Assembly (NCBI GenBank): GCA_038087875.1
Contig: JAXLNO010000408.1
Coordinates: 62,001 to 124,000, forward strand
Source: Malacoraja senta
Taxonomy: Eukaryota
Direction: 5' to 3'
DNA length: 62,000 nt
The notes beneath the pieces were generated by a model. It worked only from the letters and a program-made list of their open reading frames with translations. It was not told the DNA's origin and did not search any database. Numbering within the stretch: the first letter of the stretch is position 1; each line of letters starts with the position of its first letter. Positions 50,901 to 61,756 of the stretch are shown piece by piece. The position numbers were made by a program, and so were the translations under genes.

Positions 50901-52478
50901 CCCACACACCTGTAGTGACGACTGTACTACCCACCCACACACCTGTAGTGACCACTGTACTACCCACCCACACACCTGTAGTGACTGTACTACCCACCCA
51001 CACACCTGTAGTGACGACTGTACTACCCACCCACACACCTGTAGTGACTGTACTACCCACCCACACACCTGTAGTGACGACTGTACTACCCACCCACACA
51101 CCTGTAGTGACTGTACTACCCACCCACACACCTGTAGTGACGACTGTACTACCCACCCACACACCTGTAGTGACGACTGTACTACCCACCCACACACCTG
51201 TAGTGACGACTGTACTACCCACCCACACACCTGTACTGACCACTGTACTACCCACCCACACACCTGTAGTGACTGTACTACCCACCCACACACCTGTAGT
51301 GACGACTGTACTACCCACCCACACACCTGTACTGACCACTGTACTACCCACCCACACACCTGTAGTGACTACTACCCACCCGCACACCTGTAGTGACCAC
51401 TGTACTACCCACCCACACACCTGTAGTGACCACTGTACTACCCACCCACACACCTGTAGTGACCACTGTACTACCCACCCACACACCTGTAGTGACGACT
51501 GTACTACCCACCCACACACCTGTAGTGACCACTGTACTACCCACCCACACACCTGTAGTGACTGTACTACCCACCCACACACCTGTAGTGACGACTGTAC
51601 TACCCACCCACACACCTGTAGTGACTGTACTACCCACCCACACACCTGTAGTGACGACTGTACTACCCACCCACACACCTGTAGTGACGACTGTACTACC
51701 CACCCACACACCTGTAGTGACCACTGTACTACCCACCCACACACATGTAGTGACGACTGTACTACCCACCCACACACCTGTAGTGACCACTGTACTACCC
51801 ACCCACACACCTGTAGTGACTGTACTACCCACCCACACACCTGTAGTGACTGTACTACCCACCCACACACCTGTAGTGACGACTGTACTACCCACCCACA
51901 CACCTGTAGTGACCACTGTACTACCCACCCACACACCTGTAGTGACGACTGTACTACCCACCCACACACCTGTAGTGACCACTGTACTACCCACCCACAC
52001 ACCTGTAGTGACTGTACTACCCACCCACACACCTGTAGTGACGACTGTACTACCCACCCACACCTGTAGTGACTGTACTACCCACCCACACACCTGTAGT
52101 GACGACTGTACTACCCACCCACACACCTGTAGTGACGACTGTACTACCCACCCACACACCTGTAGTGACCACTGTACTACCCACCCACACACCTGTAGTG
52201 ACGACTGTACTACCCACCCACACACCTGTAGTGACCACTGTACTACCCACCCACACACCTGTAGTGACGACTGTACTACCCACCCACACACCTGTAGTGA
52301 CGACTGTACTACCCACCCGCACACCTGTAGTGACTGTACTACCCACCCACACACCTGTAGTGACGACTGTACTACCCACCCACACACCTGTAGTGACTGT
52401 ACTACCCACCCACACACCTGTAGTGACGACTGTACTACCCACCCGCACCACCACACAACCCACCTCCACACCTGTAGT
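47910..52478 (+). repeat. 33-bp coding-type VNTR (PVVTTVLPTHT), ~4.5 kb
   Basis: Unit CCTGTAGTGACCACTGTACTACCCACCCACACA with 30-bp and 25-bp variants. Confidence 0.98.
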
Positions 52479-54080
52479 AATAAAAATAGTAATAATAATA
52501 TTAATAATTACAATAATAATATTTATTATTATAATTAATATTATTATTATTATAATTATATTATAATTTTATTTTTTTAATGTTTTAATTTTGTATTAGA
52601 AGCAATTGTACGGAGATAAAACATTTGGCATCTAGAATTATACAATTGTTGTACAGATTCATTTTTGACCTTATAACCTAAACTATGAAAATGAAAAAAG
52701 AAAAGAAAACAGAAAGCAAGAAAGGAACAACGCAGAAAGTGAAAAGAGAGATGGAAAAAGAAGGAAAGAAAGACCCCGAAACTGCCAGAGGAGTGCGGCA
52801 GAAAGATAGAGAAATAAGAGAAAGGTGGAGATATACCTTGTCCCTCGTCCCCGTCCCCCCCCCCCCCCACCCACCCACCCCACCCAACCCACCATCGGAT
52901 TTACACCAGGCTATTATTGCAACAATTCAGTGAAGGGTGACCGTCCATGTCTAGAGAAACTGATCTGGTTTTCCCGCCAAGACAAACCTAATGTTTTCCA
53001 AATGTTCAGAAGGATCGTCTTGCATTAAAGCTCACATGGTTTCCCTTGTTTCAGATGGAGTAACACAATATTTAAACTAAGACTTTTGGTTGCTGGGTGG
53101 GTGAGCCCTATTCCAAACCCCTGCAGGTATCTCCCAAGAAAAAAGTGCCTTAAAAATATATAGATAAAGGGTGTAACAAATAAAATAAAAAATAAAAATA
53201 CATCAAAAATCACAGCATATAGACAGCTGTGGGTGTGTGACCCACCCCCTGGTGGGATCATTCTTGTAAACTTCCGGAGATGTGTTTCAATTAGTTCCGC
53301 CCCTTGCAAAGTAATACTTTAAAAAAAAAGGGGACTGAGCAGAACAGAGAATAGCAGAAATAAACTGAGGAAGATCAGTATTTAATTTCCTCTGGGAGAA
53401 TTAGACATCTTTCTATACAATGAATACTAGGTGAATTATTGATGATTTGATTAGTATATAGAACTTATTTACCAGCTTACTGAAATTGAAATGTCAAATA
53501 AATAGCCGATTTAAAATCAGTAGGACTTGAAGGAATTTAATATTACCACCAGCAGTTCTGCAGACAGAGCGAGAAATCTCTCTCCTCCCCTCCCAAACAC
53601 CCACCAACACCCCACCAGCCTCCCCAGTCACTCTAACAACCATCCCCAAACTTCTGCACATCTTGCCACAACTCACTCAGTACCTGTCTACACTGACTCA
53701 ACCCCTCTCTCTCTATAAACCTCTGCCCTGTCCCTGGGCATCCCACCTTCTCACTTCACTGCTGGACTCCCCCAACTTTCCATCACTTCCCAACTAATTC
53801 TCATTAAATCACCCGACTACTCCCCAGCTCACTCTTCCATCCTCCACCCCCCATCTCTTCACTACATGAACCCCACTCCCCCACCTTCTGCACCACATAC
53901 CCTCTCATGCAGACTGTCAGGAGGTCTAAACCTTTTCATCGGGTCATTTATAACCACCTTCTGGATGTGAACAGACTATAGAAACGTAACATAGATTCAG
54001 CAAGTCTCATAGTTAAATGTTAAATTAAAATAGACGACTTAATACATGTTTTTTTCTGTTAGTAGGTTAATATGTTAGAT

Positions 54081-54810
54081 CTTCTTCTTCGTGTCCGTTG
54101 CAATCTCAGATGTCCTTCTGCCAGTATCTGACGCAGGTCACAGCTGGTCGAGTCGGTTCAGCCAGGTCCTGGGGGCTGCACTGGGGGGGGGGGGCGTCAT
54201 CACACTCCAGTAGGTGGGACATTGTCTGTACTGCTCCACAGCTGCCTGGTAGTTCCATGCTTTACACCTCCCCTGCTCCACTCGTAATCTGTTGAGGGTC
54301 TTCCAGGTTGGCCATGGGAGGTCGTGCCCGCTGGCGAGGCATTCAGTCGGAGTGATTCCTCTCTCCATCCAGTTGTGGGCTCGTGTGTTGAGCTGGTTCC
54401 ATTCATCTTTCCAGATGTTGGTCCTTGCTGTTTCTTTGGTTGTCTGGAGAGGTGGGACTGTCTGCAAGAAACTGGCTCTGGATTTCAGTCGGGGTGGAGG
54501 TGCTGTGTGTCCGTGCAAGGGGTGCCTGGTATCGATCTCCTGTGCTCTCCGCTCGTCTTGGGCGACGATGGATCGTCTGATACGGGGGGGGGGGGGGTGG
54601 GCAATACCAGCTGGAGCGTAGAGGCACGGGACTGGCGTTGTGTTTATGCATCCCTTGATAATGCAGCAGGTGTCATTGAGGGCTGTGTCAACCAGTTTGG
54701 TGTGGTGGGAGCGGCTCCAGCTTGAGCACGCGTATTCAGCTGTGGAGAAGCACAGGGCTAGGGCAGTTGCACGGATGGTTGGTGGATCAGCGCCCCACTT
54801 TGAGTTTACA
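54081..54810 (-). mobile_element. Vingi/Ingi-clade non-LTR retrotransposon 3' fragment
   Basis: 12-bp TSD AATATGTTAGAT (54069-54080/54811-54822); (GAA)n tail; KWGADPPTIRATALALCFSTAEYAC..W..SHHTKLVDTALN..WKTLNRLR with no RNase H. Confidence 0.8.
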
Positions 54811-56083
54811 AATATGTTAGATAAGTTGTTAGGAATTTCAATTTGTTGACCCAGCAGCCTTATACTGGGAGAGAGTAATCTCTCCCTCTCCATCTCTCCC
54901 CCATACCCTCCCTCTCCTCCCCCGATTTTCACATACATTCCATTTCTATCTCTAATCTTCGGCTAGACTTAACAGCCCTTGTTTCTATATGTCGGGCCAT
55001 CTTAACGAGCAGTTTGATTTTAAACCCATTGTAAATGCATAGTGTAAGAAAATTATAAGCCCTTTATAAACCCTTACAGCTTTTATAATCCCGTTATAAA
55101 TGAATAGAGGGAGTGATTTAAACACACAGTATAACACGCAGTATAACTTCAAGGTCAATAAAACATAGCCCTCCTGAATGATCTAGTAGAGTCAGCTCAG
55201 CGTATTTTCGTGACAAATCCATGCAAAGTGTTACCGTAGATTGGTTTATGCATGAAAGCCAATCATAGTAGAATAACATCACTAACCCCACCTTACTGTA
55301 CGATTCATACTAACACCCACTTCCTACACTGGTCAGTCTTGGAAGGGGTCACGATGAACTAACAACCAACGACCTGCTGTACTGTTATAATATGGGCAGT
55401 GATTAAAGATGACCTTGAACTTCATGCTTATTTACAGTTATTTATCCTACTTGCCCTTTGCAATGTCTTGTGCAAACTTAAATGCTTCTTCTGGATCGGT
55501 GAAGAAGCGTTTGGACCCGCTGTATGTGAGCCTGAGTTTGACTGGTTACATTAGGCCATATCTGAGATCTTGTCTGTCTCAGAGGAAGACTCTCAACTTG
55601 GTGATGAGTGCTCTTTTCTTCACGACTTCAGCTGGACGGTCTCTGAAAATTCTTATGCTGTCTCCTTCAAAGATCAGATTTCTTTTGTTTGCCACTTTCT
55701 TTCATGATGTCTTCAAGAACTGATGTAGCTTCAAGATCAGCTGTCTTGGTGGAGCTGCAGGTCCCGGTCGGACTCTCAGGGCTCTATGCGCCCGGTCGAG
55801 GTTGGGTCTCTCATCCAGATTAAGTTCCTGTTGAAGTAAATCGGCAGCAAAGTCACGAGTATCTTTGCCATCTTCTTTTCGTTCCTTCACCCCGACAATC
55901 CTTAGATTTTGACGTTTAGAGCAGCCTTCAAGATCCATACATTTTGGCCAATTGCCCAGAAACACTCGCCAGTTCGGTCTTCAGTCTTTGAGCTGTCTGG
56001 CTGATCTCTGTAGCTGCAGATTCCAGTTCTCTGATGGCATCGCTGTGTTTTCTTGGTGACAATAATGGGTTCTAACTTGTTGC

Positions 56084-56495
56084 CGCTAGAATTTAGGAGA
56101 TTGAGAGGGGATCTTATAGAAACGTACAAAATTCTTATGGGGTTGGACAGGCTAGATGCAGGAAGATTGTTCCCGATGTTGGGGAAGTCCAGGACAAGGG
56201 GTCACAGCTTAAGGATAAGGGGGAAATCCTTTAAGACCGAGATGAGGAAAAACTTTTTCACACAGAGAGTGGTGAATCTCTGGAACTCTCTGCCACAGAG
56301 GGTAGTTGAGGCCAGTTCATTGGCTATATTTAAGAGGGAGTTAGATGTGGCCCTTGTGGCTAAAGGGATCAGGGGGTATGGAGAGAAGGCAGGTACGGGA
56401 TACTGAGTTGGATGATCAGCCATGATCATATTGAATGGCGGTGCAGGCTCGAAGGGCCGAATGGCCTACTCCTGCACCTATTGTCTATGTATCTA
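56084..56495 (+). mobile_element. 5'-truncated CR1 inserted in L1 ORF1
   Basis: TSD TGTTGC (56078-56083/56496-56501); removal rejoins ..ADISN-KLEP; nearly identical to the CR1 at 46685. Confidence 0.93.
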
Positions 56496-57174
56496 TGTTG
56501 CTGATGTCTGCTTCAACCCTTTTAATTTCTCCTTTCAGGGAGGAATTCACCTCCTCTATACCAACTTGTACCGTATCGATTTTCTCACAAATTTCTGTTC
56601 TCCCAGCCACGATATCTAACTTCACAGCATTAAGTTGCTCATCCAGTTTTGTGTCTAACTTTCCGAGCTTTTCAGCCAACAAGTCTTTAATATCTTGCAC
56701 CGTAGCTTGTCTTAATGCTTGCTCTTGCTCTTGTTCCATCGTAAAAGTAGAGCTTTCTTCCTCAGAGCCTCGGGAAACTCCCTCACCTTCCTCTTGTAGT
56801 GTTTGCCCACGAGTTTTGGGTCTTCTCGGAGGTGGGGTGGGAAGGTTCCGCTTGTGGTCCCGTTTTCTCATTTAAAATACCGGAGTCGGGTCGATTTCTG
56901 ATTACATCACTTACGCGACAACAGGCATCTGCCGGTAAGCGTTTATCTTCAGTCCGGTTTCTTTTCCCGGGTGTTTTAATGCGTTTTACGGAGCTGAGCT
57001 AAATGGCGCACGTCTTAGCTCTCCATAGCGCCACCGGAAATCCATAATAATATTAATAAATATAAAAATAATAATATTGTCATTGCACAGAACTACAACG
57101 AGATTTGGTATGCAGCTTCCATCCGATGTAATAACTTAATAACGTGACCACTGTATTATCCACCCACACAAGTT

Positions 57175-57670
57175 ACATAGAAAATAGGTGCAGGAGTAGG
57201 CCATTCGAGCCTGCACCGCCATTCAATATGATCATGGCTGATCATCCAACTCAGTATCCCGTACCTGCCTTCTCTCCATACCCCCTGATCCCTTTAGCCA
57301 CAAGGGCCACATCTAACTCCCTCTTAAATATAGCCAATGAACTGGCCTCAACTACCCTCTGTGGCAGATAGTTCCAGAGATTCACCACTCTCTGTGTGAA
57401 AAATGTTTTTCTCATCTCGGTCCTAAAGGATTTCCCCATTATCCTTAAACTGTGACCCCTTGTCCTGGACTTCCCCAACATCGGGAACAATCTTCCTGCA
57501 TCTAGCCTGTCCAACCCCTTAAGAATTTTGTAAGTTTCTATAAGATTCCCCCCTCAATCTTCTAAATTCTAGCGAGTACAAGCCGAGTCTATCCAGTCTT
57601 TCTTCATATGAAAGTCCTGACATCCCATGAATCAGTCTGGTGAACCTTCTCTGTACTCCCTCTGTGGCAA
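57175..57670 (-). mobile_element. CR1 3' fragment
   Basis: ORFs 57251-57514 and 57519-57767; CR1 3' UTR. Confidence 0.9.
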
Positions 57671-57894
57671 GAACAAACCAGGGCCGGTCAAACAGATGAC
57701 CTCGGGAAGGGTGGAGCCCACAATGGCCCATTGTTGGCTGGGGAAGATGTGCTGATGAGGGGGACACAAGGATGCGGACAGTGGAACTAGTTGAACGACT
57801 AGGATGTGGGGGGGGGGGGGGAGTACAAATAGTTTAAAAACCATCTTAGAGTAGCATCACGTACTACATGGTTTAAAACATGCTCCGAATCAGA

Positions 57895-58048
57895 AGCCTT
57901 CCACCACGGTGAAGCATTAATGCTGTGGTGAATGTTTGTGTTACATTTATTGTACATTGGGTGTTCTTTTTGATTGTATCACTGCTGGCAAATTCATTTC
58001 ACTGCCCTTTATTGTGGATGTGATGAATAAATCTGATTGATTGATTGA
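57895..58048 (+). mobile_element. Hairpin-family retroposon 3' fragment
   Basis: GCCTTCCACCACGGTGA..GCTGTGGTGAATGTTTGTG..GGCAAATTCATTTCACT..GAATAAA plus (TGAT)n, close to 7030-7192. Confidence 0.75.
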
Positions 58049-58059
58049 GTTGGAGCAGA

Positions 58060-58770
58060 TGAGTGAGACCACACCTGGAGCACCGTGGGCAGTTCAGGTC
58101 GCCCAGCTACACAAAGGATGTCCTTGAGTTGAAGAGATTCACCAGGATGTTACCTGGGCTTGTGGGCTGGAGTTACAGGGAGAGGTTGGACAGGCTGGGG
58201 ATTTCTTCTTGGGCATGTAGGAGGCTGAGGGGTGACATAGAAAAATAGGTGCAGGAGTAGGCCATTCGAGCTGCACCGCCATTCAATATGATCATGGCTG
58301 ACCTTATTGAGGTGTACAGGATCATGTGGGGAATGGATAAAGTGAACGCACAATGTCTTTTTCCCAGCGTAGAGGATTCTAAAACTAGAGGACGCAGGGT
58401 TAAGTAAGGTGAGAGGAGATTTAAGAGTGGTGCAGGCTCAAAGGGCCAAATGGCCTCCTCCTGCACCTATTCTCTATTTTTTCTATGTTTGACCTCAGGG
58501 GCCAGGTTTTCACTCAGTGCAGTCAGTATCTGGAGTGAGCTGCCAGAGGAAGCTATAGAAGAGGATGCAGATATCCTGGAATCATTGCTGCATAGAAACA
58601 TAGACAACAGGAGTAGACCATTCGGCCCTTCGAGCCTGCACCGCCATTCAATATGATCATGGCTGATCATCCAACTCAGTATCCCGTACCTGCCTTCTCT
58701 CCATACCCCCTGATCCCTTTAGCCACAAGGGCCACATCTAACTCCCTCTTAAATATAGCCAATGAACTGG
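58060..58770. mobile_element. Mixed old and young CR1 fragments
   Basis: RPHLEH..RFTRMLPGL on the + strand; CR1 3' ends on the - strand at 58236-58300 and 58590-58770. Confidence 0.8.
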
Positions 58771-58897
58771 TTTCTGGCGCTGTGAGGCAGCAGCTCTACC
58801 CGCTGCACCACAGTTCCGCACCAGGTTATCACAGCGCATGGTTCCCTGCACACACAGACCACACGGCAGGCAGTAATGCATGTTAACGCAGGCAGCT

Positions 58898-58903
58898 TTT
58901 ATT
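58898..58903 (-). promoter_or_regulatory. Likely NOP10 polyadenylation signal
   Basis: AATAAA on the minus strand ~155 bp after the stop codon. Confidence 0.7.
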
Positions 58904-59058
58904 GCGACGCATGGGTGGGTCCGGAATCATTCCGTATCTGCAGCTGGCGAAGCCTCCTCTCCCCGTGTCCGCCATCTCCTCTACCCCCCCCCCCCCCCAA
59001 CGCAGCTCAGCGGTCACTGCCCACGGGGGTCGGGGGTCACCGTCCTCGTGGTCAGGGG

Positions 59059-59199
59059 TCACAGAGTGGGTGGCGGGCGCTGAGTCGGCAGCAAGTTGAA
59101 GCGTTTCTTCAGGGTCACCCGGTGACGGGAATATCGGTCGTCCGGCGAGAAGCGGGCAGGGTGGGCCGTCGGAGTGGCTCGGCCTCCAGGGTCCGACTT
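59059..59199 (-). CDS. NOP10: H/ACA ribonucleoprotein subunit NOP10, exon 2 (exon 1 not visible)
   Basis: Polypyrimidine..TACAG acceptor, then 46 aa [46 protein letters not shown] versus recalled human [46 protein letters not shown]; same length and phase. Confidence 0.96.
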   Translation of the reverse strand, partial: KSDPGGRATPTAHPARFSPDDRYSRHRVTLKKRFNLLPTQRPPPTL

Positions 59200-59489
59200 C
59201 TGTACGGGGGGTGGGGGAAGGGAGAGGGGGAGGGTGTGGGGGAGGAGATGGAGGCGGGGAGGAGAGAGGGGGGAGGAGATGGAGGCGGGGGGAGGAGATT
59301 GAGGTGGGGGGGAGGAGAGGGGTAAAAAGATGAATACTCTGGCTGGTGTACACCACTTACTTGGTGCTGGGGTCTCCCCCATGGACTGGGTGGTGAGATG
59401 TCCAAGGACCCGCACGTGACCAATATCCACCCCCCCCACCCCCCACACCCCTCTCCCACCACTGCCATAACCCTCATCTAACTGAGACT

Positions 59490-60446
59490 AACATGGTGCA
59501 GGCATTGACAGTGAAGGGCAGGACTCTGGGCAATGTTGTCGACGGAGTGATCTAGGAGCGCAGGTACGCAGTCACCTGAAGGTGGGGTCACAGGTAGATA
59601 AGGATTCGGAACTTTGGCCTTCATCAATCAGTGTGTTGTGTAGAAGTTGGAACCAAAGACAGACACAAAAAGCTGGAGGAACTCAGCGGGACAGGCAGCA
59701 TCTCTACAGAGAAGGAATGGGCGACGTTTTTGGGTCGAGACCCTTCTTAAGACGTCACCCATTCCTTCTCTCCAGAGATGCTGCCTGTCCCGCTGAGTTC
59801 CGCCAGCTTTTTGTGTGTATCTTCGGTTTAAAGCAGCATCTGATGTTCCTTGCTACACAGAAAGGCTGGGCAGGCACCTTACAGGTGTACGTGACGCTGG
59901 TGAGGCCACACTTGGAGTATCCAGTTCACTTTTGGTCCTCATGTTACAGGATGTTGTTAAGCTAGAAAGATTCACGAGGATGTTGCCAGGACTAGAGGGT
60001 GTGAGCTACAGGGAGAGGTGGAGCAGGCCAGGACTTTATTCCATGGAGCGCAGGAGGATGAGCGGTGATCTTAGAGAGGTGGATAATATCATGAGAGGAA
60101 TAGATCGTGTGAATGCATCAGAGTGGGCGAAGCAAGAACCAGAGGGCATGGGTTTATGGTGAGGGGGGGAAAGATTGAATAGGAACCTGAGGGGCAACTT
60201 TTCCCCACAGAGGGTGGTGGGTGTATGGAACGAGCTGCCGGAGGAGGTAGATGAGGCAGGTAGTTAAAGACCCTGGGACAGGACAGGTTTAGAGGGATAT
60301 ATGGACCAAACCGGGCAGGTGGGATAATGGTCAGCATGTCGCAAAGGTAATGCTATGGTTGTTCTGGGAGATTTCAACATGCAGGTAGACTGGGAATATC
60401 AGGTTGGTACTGGACCCCAAGAAAGGGAGTTTGTAGAGTGCCTTCG
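59490..60446 (+). mobile_element. Old CR1 fragments with nested Penelope-terminal inverted pair (NOP10 intron)
   Basis: LVRPHLEY, RFTRMLPGLEG and VVLGDFN remnants; inverted repeat ~59660-59820. Confidence 0.75.
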
Positions 60447-60646
60447 NNNNNNNNNNNNNNNNNNNNNNNNNNNNNNNNNNNNNNNNNNNNNNNNNNNNNN
60501 NNNNNNNNNNNNNNNNNNNNNNNNNNNNNNNNNNNNNNNNNNNNNNNNNNNNNNNNNNNNNNNNNNNNNNNNNNNNNNNNNNNNNNNNNNNNNNNNNNNN
60601 NNNNNNNNNNNNNNNNNNNNNNNNNNNNNNNNNNNNNNNNNNNNNN
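60447..60646. other. Assembly gap (200 N)
   Basis: Run of N. Confidence 1.
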
Positions 60647-61625
60647 GAGTGCTGGAGTAACTCAGGCAGGTCAGGCAGCATCTGTGGAGAACATGGAGAG
60701 GTGACGTTTCACAGAGTGCTGGTAACTCAGCGGGTCAGGCGCATCTGTGGAGAACATGGATAGGTGACGTTTCACAGAGTGCTGGAGTAACTCAGCGGGT
60801 CAGGCAGATCTGTGGAGAGAAGGAAATGGGCAACCTTATCGGGCCGAAATCTGAAGGAAATAGGCAACGTTTCGGGACGAAACCGGAAGGGTTTCGGGCC
60901 GAAACGTTGCCTATTTCCTTCGCTCCATAGATGCTGCCTGGAACATGGATAGGTGACGTTTCACAGAGTGCTGGAGTAACTCAGCAGGTCAGGCAGCATC
61001 TGTGGAGAACATGGATAGTGACGTTTCACAGAGTGCTGGAGTAACTCAGCAGGTCAGGCAGCATCTGTGGAGACATGGATAGGTGACGTTTCACAGAGTG
61101 CTGGATAACTCAGCGGGTCAGGCAGCATCTGTGGAGAGAAGGAAATGGGCAAACCTTTCGGGCCGAAACTCTGAAGGAAATAGGCAACGTTTAGGCGAAA
61201 CCGGAAGGGTTTCGGGCCGAAACGTTGCCAATTTCCTTCGCTCCATAGATGCTGCCGGAACATGGATAGGTGACGTTTCACAGAGTGCTGGAGTAACTCA
61301 GCAGGTCAGGCAGCATCTGTGGAGACATGGATAGGTGACGTTTCACAGAGTGCTGGAGTAACTCAGCGGGTCAGGCAGCATCTGTGGAGAGAAGGAATGG
61401 GTGATATTCTGGGTTGAGACCCTTCTTCAGAGTGAAGGTCAGGGAAGAGGGAGTCTGAGATAGGGAAGGATATGGTGAAAAAAAGAGATCAAAGGGGATG
61501 GGAGTCAGGACAATGTAGAATAGATCAGGTCTGGCTGCGGTCTGAAGAAGGGTCTCGACCAGAAACATCACCTTTCCTCCAGAAATGCTGCCTGACCCGG
61601 CTGTGTTACTCCAGATTTTGTGCCC
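60647..61625 (-). repeat. Penelope-terminal-derived array, inverted relative to 41075-41505, containing the palindrome twice
   Basis: Reverse-complement 66-bp units; GAAGGAAATAGGCAACGTTT..AAACGTTGCC palindromes at ~60853 and ~61173; hammerhead-like CTGAAGAAGGGTCTCGACCAGAAAC at 61542. Confidence 0.8.
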
Positions 61626-61756
61626 TATCTCGAGAATAGATCATTGTTAGCTTGGGAAAGTGGACAACGAAGCATATAACTTTATCAGGGAGTGCAGTCA
61701 GACGTGTCAGAGAACGAGGATGGAGGGAGGCAGGTCCCTGATACTGTCTCAATCCA

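Larger units (their letters stand above)
52570..57040 (-). mobile_element. L1 LINE with 5' end and ORF1, ORF2 mostly absent; nested Vingi-like and CR1 insertions
   Basis: 5' TTCCGGTGGCGCTATGG; ORF1 from 56871 (coiled coil) continuing to DLEGCSKRQNLRIVGVKE..LDRAHR..PRQLILKL (L1 ORF1p RRM); L1-like 3' UTR near 52570-52900. Confidence 0.82.
46152..57173 (+). pseudogene. LRR-mucin gene copy B, LRRC15/GP5/CPN2-like (LRRNT, ~14 LRRs, LRRCT, Thr/Pro/Val stalk), disrupted
   Basis: Acceptor TTTACAG at 46151 with ATG at 46156; decayed LRRNT (CSRECVFQSGVFVCSG); 24-aa LRRs, e.g. LSPQTFHKLAQLQILRLYQNQITDLPVGIFDNL resembling LRRC15; LRRCT CDCELVYLRDWI..C..C. Lesions: TGA 46578-46580, frameshifts at ~46610 and ~47525, CR1 insertion, and TE stack 52479-57143. 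Confidence 0.85.

Noticed and set aside
47910..52538. Long His/Cys-rich (TTHPHTCSDHC) and Trp/Val-rich antisense ORFs
   Set aside because: Alternative frames of the 33-bp VNTR; only the PVVTTVLPTHT frame is continuous with the LRRCT.
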